From: Marsupella aquatica
Lineage: Eukaryota; Plantae; Marchantiophyta
Reading direction: 5' to 3'
Assembly: GCA_973895155.1 (NCBI GenBank)
Contig: OZ316891.1
Coordinates: 23,497,899 to 23,561,898, forward strand
Length of the DNA: 64,000 nt
Shown: positions 40,695 through 50,022 of the stretch, piece by piece
How the letters are laid out: each line of letters opens with the position of its first letter
Numbering within the stretch: the stretch's first letter is position 1
Notes under the pieces: model-generated
Told to the model about the DNA's origin: nothing
Database searches by the model: none
The model's input: only the letters and a program-made list of their open reading frames with translations
Position numbers and translations under genes: made by a program

Positions 40695-41023
40695 CTACAA
40701 ACCATTCACGTTCTGCCTATCCAGCACGAGTTTGACTTCCGCAACTGTGAAAATGGGCTGGCTACACAAGGTAGACTCCTCTACATGAAACTTGAAGACA
40801 TTTATAAACACCCAATACAAATGTTTACAAGGCATATATGGCTTGCCGCGAGAATGACGACGGAAGAAATCCTCACCAGAACAGGTTTGGAAGACGCAAA
40901 TATGGACAAAGTGTTTAGGGATCGAAGGTTCTCGTGGGTCCGGATTTTGAATTGCTTCCCAAATGCAATTCCAATACCCACATCCCACTCGCCATCCAGG
41001 ATCATAGCTTCTTTCCGAGCCGA
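40695..41023 (-). pseudogene. C-terminal SWIM-finger end of the element B transposase
   Basis: KPYMPCKHLYWVF is paralogous to 41515-41817. It reads on from 52820 across the 9-bp TSD (..HSTRME|SARKEAM..). Confidence 0.8.
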
Positions 41024-41071
41024 CTCCATTCGGGATATAACCACCGTGCTAGCAAATAGTAAATAGATATT

Positions 41072-41226
41072 CTCATACGAGCCAATTTTGCCTCGTACAA
41101 GCAAAATTTTGTCTCGTACGAGTAAACAAGTTTATCGTATGAGCATATCTATTTACTTGTACGAGTTTCTGTTTTCTTGTATGAGTTTCTGTTTTCTTGT
41201 ATGAGTATTTTCTTTTCTTGTATGCA
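41072..41226. repeat. subterminal array of 10-bp palindrome CTCGTACGAG variants, 20-22 bp period
   Basis: Copies at 41072, 41092, 41113, 41134, 41156, 41176, 41196, 41217, plus one at the right end (52741). Confidence 0.8.
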
Positions 41227-41514
41227 TTTTAGTTTCTTCTCTTCACGGTATGTAGCGTCCATATATGCAATAATTGTGCGGACAATATTATGGCGGGTCC
41301 CACCATTGTACAACATCAGAGGAAATTTCTTGACGATTTCACACAAGGACTCCAATATATTGCCACGAAATATGAAGTCAAAACAAAGTCATACAATACT
41401 AGCGCCCGACGCTAGTATTGTATTATACAAAAAAACAACACTTTAAGAACTCACACTTCTGCCCGTTAGAAAAGACAAACTACAATTGTAGCTATTCAAC
41501 GATAAAGCAACAGT

Positions 41515-44500
41515 CTACGTTCTCGTTCCCAACTGCCTATCAAGTATGTAACGGACTTCTCCCAACGTTAGAATTGGCTGGCTACATAATGTCGAATCAA
41601 GCACATCCAGTTTGAACACATTCTTGAACACCCAATACACATGTTTGCAAGGCATGTAAGGCTTCCGATAAGTATGCCGACAGTAGAAATACTCGCAAGA
41701 GCAACATGGGAAACAACATATCTGAACCCAATAAGAGGCGACTGATCTCTCATGTTCATGGGTCCGGATACAAAACTGTTTCCCCGACGCATTTCCACTC
41801 GTGATCTCTCTCTCCAATGACGCTCATCACTTCTTTTTCAGAGGCTTCAATTCTCTTCAAATGTGTTTGGGTAAGATGCACTCTTTGCAAGCATTTCTTC
41901 CCGTTCCTTGAAGCGCACCTCACAGATGGGTCAGTTAGGTTGATCCTCTCCGAGAAAAGATTGACATCAATCCGTAATGCAGAAGGCAACGGTGCTTCGA
42001 TTTCATCTCCACGGCCTTCGGAGAGAATAAGGCCTTGTTCTTTCAAAAATTGAATCTCTGCTCCAGAAAGATTGGTCCCTCTGGCAATTGGGAGATGTGA
42101 AGGAACATTGGGAATGTTCGAGACTCCTCTCCTTGTTGTGCTTCGGTGACAGTGGTTGTTGGGGCAAAACCATATCTGATCGTTATAAGGTTGGCCCCTG
42201 AACATTCTGCATCCTCTCACGGAAATTGCAACAACACCATCTGGATTCGGAAGGCCAACCTTCTTTACTCGATTTCGACATTCATCCTCGCATTCATTAC
42301 GACTACCTCCGCGTCCAAGGGTTCCGTTACCCCGTTTTGAGGTCCGACGCAACTGCCAGGCACCGGGAGGTACTTCACTTTCCATTGGGGAAACTGAATG
42401 ACAATATGTAGTCTCGATAGGTATTGCAGGCATCACTGGTGGGACAGAGGATCTCGTTGCTCGACGCGTAGGTGTGTCAATGACCACAACTTCCTCAGAA
42501 GCATCGCTTTTTGACAAATTATGGACCGCATCAATTCCACCGGCTGAAGGCGTAGAAGGCATTTTCTCAAAATCAGTGGAATGCAGGTTTCTCCTTTTCA
42601 AACCTTTTGTATTTGGTGAAGTAACAAGGATGGTATCATGCCTGTGCGAGTCTTTTGCCAAGACGTTCCCAGTTGCATGTCCTTTTCGTTTCACCGATCG
42701 AGTTACAACATCACCATTCAATGGAACGCTTCTTTCCAAATCAAACTCAGCAGCGTTCGACAGGAGGAGATTGGTGGCTTCCTCAAAGAGACGCGGTGAC
42801 CCCGCCAGGTCCGCCGATCTGAAGGCAAGCTCAAAAATAGTTGGGCCAGTTCCTCTGCTCAATCCCCTTTTGTATGCAGTATAAGCAGCAATTTGAGCAA
42901 CCGCTCTATTTTGGTCCGTTTTGCATCCTTCAAACAGACCAACCTTTTTTTTCTGTTGCCATGCTTTCATTCTAGCATGCCTAGATTCCGAACCAATACA
43001 ATTAGGAATCATCCCAGCCTCTTCGGCACTCTTGCTCTGAAACATTGCATGCAAGGGTCTAGTACATGCAAGAAATTGTACACAAAAGTGGCAACACAAT
43101 GGCAATAACAGTAGCGCCAGACGCTAATAAACTGATGATGATATTTCCATGTAAAGAACCGTTTAACACAGAATAAAGGCAGTCCTTACATCACGCATAG
43201 TCCAAACGGATTATTAGCACTCGGCGCTACTATTGTGGATAACAAACTCTTCTATCTCACACATGCTTCACTAGTGCCGAGCGCTATTAATGGGAACATG
43301 CATCCTAGAGCAATGTATAACTCACCAGTCTTATGAAGTTTCCCCATTGTCTCCATCGGACAACCCACCAAGACAGCCACCCTTGCAGCATCCGAAGTTT
43401 GCCTGAGTGACAATTGCCAGACCTCCACCAGTCATCGATTTCCCTCGAGATTCGATATGCTTTCAAGAAAGTTGGCGCGTTCCGAAGATGATCCCACATC
43501 TCCTTGTGCTCTCCGTGCTTTCCATCTTTTACACCTTCTCGGGAATGACGATGAAAAGATTGGAAAAAATGAAAGGCATCTGATCTTTCTTGCTCTGGGT
43601 TGGGTACATCGTCAAAGAACACGTTTTGAACAACATTCCAACCAGCCTGAGCATTGTCCGCCATGAATCCCCGAATTGTAACATCTTGTAAACCATTTTC
43701 ATCGGCAACCTCTAACATCAAACGCCAGGCTCTCTCCAGAGATTTTGCATCTTCGGCCTTTAGCTCACAAGTGAATATGGTGCAAAGTGCCCGGTAATGA
43801 TGATCATATACATGGGCACTGAAAGTAAGCCAATCTGCCGTGCTTCGATGCATGACGTCAAAACTTACCCATGAACCCTCTAACGACCCACCAGGTTTCA
43901 TTCTTTGGAGCAGGTCCAGACCACTCCCGTCACCTTTTACGGTCATTTTAAAGATATGAGCACTCTCGTCACGACAGCCTTGACCAGGGAGCAAGAACCT
44001 ATGAAGAAAAGGCAGTCGGATACACTTTTGCATCCTCACAAGAAATTCCAGTTCCCCTTTCCCCTTCTGATCTTGACGGACACTCCTTAAGACGGATGCA
44101 AACTTTTGAGGAGATGCGACGACAATTAGGGACTCCCAGATTTCCTCCTCTTCTTCAAGAGAGATTTCTTCAACAGAGGCCTCGCAAAATGTATTCGTCA
44201 GTGTCTCAGTCGCAGAGTTTTTAATCCCTGCTGGGGATGCCATGGGGTTTGCAGTGAATCCCTTCTCCAGATGAGACCTTGCAACCTTTTCTGCCTCCCT
44301 CAAAAAGACCCGTCGACTGGGATGATTGTGAAATCCCATATGAACAGCTAGTCACGACATCTAGGCCAAAGACTTCACGCCAACTTTTGCAGATGGATAC
44401 ATGTAGAACATTAGAGCAGGGCAGGCCTCAACGCACATCGGAGGTTTGGAGCAATGGTGACAAACAACTCCACCTTCGGAGATCAATTCCCCAACTCGGA

Positions 44501-45362
44501 ATGGGCCCGAAAGTTTTGGGGTTCTTGCCCACATCTCATTATTTCAAAACTTGTTGTCTTTCCACCACGGACAAGCATTATTTCGACATTGCAGCGATCC
44601 CATACACTGGACTTTCCCGAAATCCCACATTTTCTTTGGAAGAACATTTGAAGACGTTTTTACAATCCGAGTCCAATAATAACAATCCTTACCACGATCC
44701 ATATCTTTCAAATGTTCACCTTTTGCGTTCACACAGTCTACAGGGGGTAACTCAAAAACCACATTCCCATTGTAAGATGTGGGAAGACTAGGCACTACAT
44801 GATGAACAAAATCACTCCCCCTTATAAACCGAGACAATTCACTATGACCTTTGGATTTCAAGATTGTATCCATTGCACTCTGCCGGTACACATTCAAAGG
44901 CCCAATCTTTTCTCGATCCGCATTAGACTCCTTTTTAACCTCGAATGGGTAAAGTGGAATCTTCTCTCCGAGAGTAGTTGTCGCTTGCTTATCATCTCCA
45001 GAACTTTCTGAGAGTTTGATGACATCGAGTTTAGCCGCTGTGGGAGGACGAGTATAGGAGGCCCCAAAATCTCTCAAAACAAAAACCTCATATTCTTTCG
45101 GAGCCTCCAGAGTCCAATATCTTTGACCATGAACAACATCGTAGAAAACTGGAGTCTCCCCCAAACAAACCGACACTAACGAGATTGCTAAAATAGACTC
45201 CTTGGGGACATCAAATCTCACTCCCAAATATTCCTCTGAAACACGCTTTGATTCAGATGATTCAAGGATGGGAATTGTGATTACATCCCGAGTGTCCTTC
45301 CTCGTGACAACGATATTTTGAGCCATGGCTTCAAAAGAGGGATATGCATTTGCCCCGCGCAA
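41515..45362 (-). pseudogene. element A transposase: GCM/WRKY-like Zn domain, MULE DDE core, SWIM finger
   Basis: CMGSLQCRNNAC...CHHC...HMGFHNHP; WVSFDVMHR (D), GFMADNAQAG (D), DAFHFFQS, GSESRHA (E); CSC...PCKH. Intron 43037-43325; a few stops and frameshifts. Confidence 0.8.
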
Positions 45363-45501
45363 AATGAAATATGTTTATCATGAGATCCGAGTACGAGAAG
45401 TAAACGTTCGATTCTCATTATAGAGTTGTTGTGGATTTGGACACACTCCATCAATGACGTTTTGTCGTCTTACCAACGGCAGGATTCGGGTTCATAGTTA
45501 C

Positions 45502-45650
45502 TAGCGCCTGGCGCTACCTCTAAGTGTAAAACACTCTTGGGTGAGGACTACAAATGCCAATAATAATAGCGCCTGGTGCTACCTCTGGGTGCAAACATTC
45601 TTGGGTGAGGAGTACGAAGGCAATAAATAATAGCGCCTGGCGCTACCTAT
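45502..45650. repeat. ~65-bp tandem repeat, each unit carrying the 15-bp palindrome
   Basis: Unit tagcgcctggcgctacctct...cttgggtgagga.tac.aa.gc.aataa, spacings 65 and 64 bp. Confidence 0.85.
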
Positions 45651-46106
45651 TTCAATGGACTTGAAAACATTCAATGGAAGGATAAGTACAATAACGTGAT
45701 ACAGTACGAGTAATTAAGTTGGCACGCTTGAAGATCTCCACTGGATCTTCGTGAATCCGATCCGCCCGGGTCCAAATGTGTCAGAGAGGAAGCGTCCACG
45801 AAAGTTATATCAGAGGGGCCTCTTTGAAGTGGGTACCCAGGACCAAGTGCAAACTCTCCTTATATCTAGTCGTTCCCCTCGGATGTCCTCATTGTCAAGC
45901 CATTCTTGACTGAGTCGCAGTTGTGCCTCATCTTTCGGGCGCGTGGTTCCCGTTATCGCTTTCGGGCCCAGTTGTTCTTTTTGGCTTTCATGCGCGTTAT
46001 TGTTCTCCTTCTCATCCTTGTTTCTCATTCTCGTCCTAGTTCACGCTGTTGTCCTCCTTCACATTCTCGTTCGCGCTTCTTTTTGTCGTCCTCTTCCTCA
46101 CTTTCA

Positions 46107-46535
46107 ATGGCACCTCCACGAGGGAAGGCAAAGGAGGAGGCACTTCCCCCGAGTGACACAGACCGGGAGACCCCCATATCAAATAGCTTACCGCCTTGGT
46201 TGAATGCCGAGAGGACAACGGTTCCAATCTCAAAGAAGGGGAAACTCATCTCAAAGACAAAGAATGTCCCAACTGTGGGCCGCAGCAAAGGATCCAGTCG
46301 GCCAAATGCGAGCGGCCCAACTTCTGTTCCCGCTAGGGATATCGCCACTGCTTCAGTCGGCCGTCCAAGAGCCGACACTATCTGCACGAGAGTCTCCGTA
46401 TCTTCTTCATCTACTGAGAGTGATCGTTCTTCGAGCGGGGACTCATCACCGAGCAGGCGAGGATTTGCGTGGTATGGATCGAGCGATTCGAATGACGACT
46501 CCGATGCGTACAAGCCAAGTTGGTGGGAAGACTGA
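46107..46535 (+). CDS. Ser/Arg/Lys-rich ORF of unknown function inside element A
   Basis: MAPPRGKAKEE... lies between two palindrome clusters. No recognisable domain and no counterpart seen in B. Confidence 0.3.
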   Translation: MAPPRGKAKEEALPPSDTDRETPISNSLPPWLNAERTTVPISKKGKLISKTKNVPTVGRSKGSSRPNASGPTSVPARDIATASVGRPRADTICTRVSVSSSSTESDRSSSGDSSPSRRGFAWYGSSDSNDDSDAYKPSWWED

Positions 46536-49030
46536 TTTCACGTTGTCAGAGCGTATTGTTTGAGTGCTGGAGAGACTTGGAGGATCCACCGAGGTTGATA
46601 GGATTTGTTTTCACTCTTTTCTTCCGATAGAAAACCCATACGGTTCCTTCATTGTATGCCGAATTTCTAGTGTAATGTAACATTTTGTATATGAACGGCA
46701 CAGCCGTTCGTTTTTACCTCGGTGTCATTGATTTTGAATTTAGAAGACCAAGCCTAAATTTCCGGTTCTACTCCCGTGTTTGCATTGTATTTCTGAATGC
46801 GTACATGATCTATTTCTTTGAAACACACGTTTGCTGTCAATGTTTTTACTAGCGTCTGGCGCTATTATGAGAAAAAAGTGTCTGTAACCCTGTCATGACA
46901 AGTCTTATCTCTAAAGTGTTTTTGATAGCGTTGGGCGCTATTAATGAAAGGAATCACAAGGCAGGAGTTATTTCTACTTTTATTTCAACAAATTCTGTTT
47001 AATTGATGTGCATTTTAATAGCGCCAGGCGCTATTGTAATTCATTGGAATATTCGTTGAATGAATGGGTTCATGTGGTCATGTTGTTGTCATTGGACTCG
47101 GATGTCATCATTTATTTGAATACTAGCGCCGAGCGCTAATACAGTTGGCTTGTCGATACCTTCACAATTGTGTTGATATTACTGCCCGTAGCTACATTTG
47201 AAAGTATGTTGAATAATAGCGCCTGGCGCTATCCACAACTATCGACACTGATGTGGTTACAACGGTCACTTTCCAACGGTAATATTATAGTAGATTGAGG
47301 TTCACGGAACCCTTTTTGCTTTTGTCTGGGATGAAAGTCCAATCGGATAATGCCATCTGTACTTGGGACCGTTGTACTCGAATGGCTGGTTCTATTGTAT
47401 CGGTGTTTAATACGAGGTGGAGATTGCTCATTTGGGATAATTTAGTCCGTCTATGCGCTCAGACCTCGGATTGTATGAGTTTGTCAAGTGCATATGTGCA
47501 TCCTTTATTGGTCCCGTACATTTTGAGATGTGATCGTCACAAGAACTGCACGGCGCGTACGACAGTGCCGGGTGGTCGAGTCACTCTCCACGGAAACTTT
47601 TGGCTAGGTGATACGAGAATGGGGGAGGCTGATGGTGGTTATTCTGAGTCCTCTCAATCTTTGTTCGCTGGTTCAGTATACACCCATCGCGTCACTCGAT
47701 CGACTGCGTCCCTATCGACTTCCGAAGCTGAATCTGCACAGCCCTTCCCGAGGTCGAGGAGAGGGAGAATGGACCCTAAGGAGGTCTCCATGGGTGAAGT
47801 CAGTGACATAGGCTTATCGATGGACGAGGTAATATCAAAGCACGCATTGTCATTCAGGAAGGATTTTCGAGGACTCGATAAGGAGCCACCTCAAATTCCT
47901 CTTTGTAGATTGCTCCCCATGGAGGTTGTTCGAACATTACAGAAAGAAAGTTCATCGATCAAGAAGTTGAAAGAATCATTCCGTGTCATCGGGTACAACT
48001 CGCGCATTGGGATGCCTTTCTATGTTCAGCCTGCAAATGCCGACGGGGTTTCTCATATATGCACCAGCGAGATCCGGGACTCTTGGGATCCAATCTGGGT
48101 CGCAGAGAACAACAAGTTTGAGGAAGAGTGTGATCCGGACCCAGCGTTCCATATTCTAAAAGATAAAATGTTTTGTGTGTTTGACGGAAATCATCGATTG
48201 TACTCGTGGTCAATCGTCACGAGGGAGAATCCGGACAACTTGAAGTATCATCCTCGTGTGATTTGCGTCATTTACAATGGTGACAGAGGTTCACTAGTTG
48301 AGCTCGAGGCGGCAATGCACACCGTGAACCAGTAAGTTCTGTTCATTAACTGTTGTTACCCTTGTCATTCATTTTGGACCAAACATGCTTTGCGAAAGTG
48401 TTCATTCCCCAATTTTTGCTAGCGCCCAGCGCTACTAATTCCTTTTCATTGCATCCAGGCTTGGACAAGCAGTCGTCGAGCCTTCCTGGATTCTTGACGC
48501 GGACAGAATTTCCCAAATTCTGTCGCGTGATCTTGATCACTATAAGCCACTAATCGACAGCGCGAACATGGCAAAGTTTGAGGCAATCCAAAAGAAGACG
48601 AGAAAGGGATCTTGGTTTACACATAAAATGCCACAGGATGCTCTCATCTACATTCTGTGTGTGGACAAAATCAAGTCTTACTCAAATCAATTTAAGTCTG
48701 ATATGGCTTTAACCAAAGCTCAAGGGGCTTCTTGGTCAGAAGAGGAGACCACAAAGAGGCATGAGGCAATGATGAAGGAGGCGACCAAAGATTGGTCGAT
48801 CAAAGTGACGAAGATCACCCCTTTACTTCATCCGGATTTTGGAGATTATTTGGGAACCTGTGCTGAGATGTATCCCGTAACTGAGAAGAACAAACGGGAG
48901 AAGAAGCCAGACACAGTTGTATGCACAATGGATCGAGCCAGGTTGTTTACTATTGTTTCATACCTGGATCCAAAATTGAGGTGCACCCTTCTAGTAGCCC
49001 ACTGCACTCCCGAGATTCGGAAACAGTTTT

Positions 49031-49358
49031 CTCGGGGGGGTCACTTCCACGGAAGTGACACATCACGTGCGACGAAGTATAGGCCCATTTAAATGGGTGT
49101 GGCGGAAGACTTCCAAAGTTTGGTGGAAGAACACATAGGGCATGTTTTATTGATTGGTCGACTTTAAAGAACACATAGGCCTATTTAATTGCAAAAAATA
49201 CTTTCTATAAAGTTTTTAGGGGTTTTTTAATAAAAAATGACAAAATTTTAAGAAAGAAAGGGCTTTGCAAAAAATTATTTTTCACTTTAAAGTTAGGGGG
49301 GTCAAACCCTAAAACGTCGCACGCGATGTATGACCCTCCATATAGTGACCCCCCCGAG
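49031..49358 (+). mobile_element. 328-bp MITE, copy 1
   Basis: TIR CTCGGGGGGGTCACT/AGTGACCCCCCCGAG, 8-bp TSD acagtttt. Removing it restores EIRKQF|FHLASVND, as in element B. Confidence 0.95.
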
Positions 49359-49694
49359 ACAGTTTTTCCATCTTGCAAGTGTCAACGACGAGCCTGTGAA
49401 GCAGTGGTGCCATACATGGCATACTTGGAATTCTGTGGAGGGAATTGCAACTGGAATGCTTCACACTTCCTTCAAACAGATTTCTGACCGGATGCCGGCT
49501 GACCGTCTCACAAAGTCTGGGTGTGAGTCAATGGAGGCCATGCTTAAGATCATTCTCGATGAATTCAGAAACTTTGGGGATCTTGTCAAGGCAAAATTCT
49601 TCAACAACTTGTGGTCTTCCAAATATGCGGACAAGGAAGATTACACAGAGCGGAACCGGAAGAGAGCCAAACGATATCTATACCGGTTTTACAT

Positions 49695-50022
49695 CTCGGG
49701 GGGGTCACTTCCACGGAAGTGACACATCACGTGCGACGAAGTATAGGCCCATTTAAATGGGTGTGGCGGAAGACTTCCAAAGTTTGGTGGAAGAACACAT
49801 AGGGCATGTTTTATTGATTGGTCGACTTTAAAGAACACATAGGCCTATTTAATTGCAAAAAATACTTTCTATAAAGTTTTTAGGGGTTTTTTAATAAAAA
49901 ATGACAAAATTTTAAGAAAGAAAGGGCTTTGCAAAAAAATATTTTTCACTTTAAAGTTAGGGGGGTCAAACCCTAAAACGTCGCACGCGATGTATGACCC
50001 TCCATATAGTGACCCCCCCGAG
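49695..50022 (+). mobile_element. 328-bp MITE, copy 2
   Basis: Same TIRs, 8-bp TSD ttttacat. One difference from copy 1 seen by eye. Confidence 0.95.

Noticed and set aside
45502-47231. CRISPR-like array of palindromic repeats
   Set aside because: The repeat is only 15 bp, spacing is irregular, the spacers in the 65-bp cluster resemble each other, there are no cas genes, and the context is intron-containing eukaryotic DNA.
49031-50022. Tandem segmental duplication explaining the two 328-bp copies
   Set aside because: Each copy has its own distinct 8-bp TSD and the intervening exon sequence is unique, so they are separate insertions.
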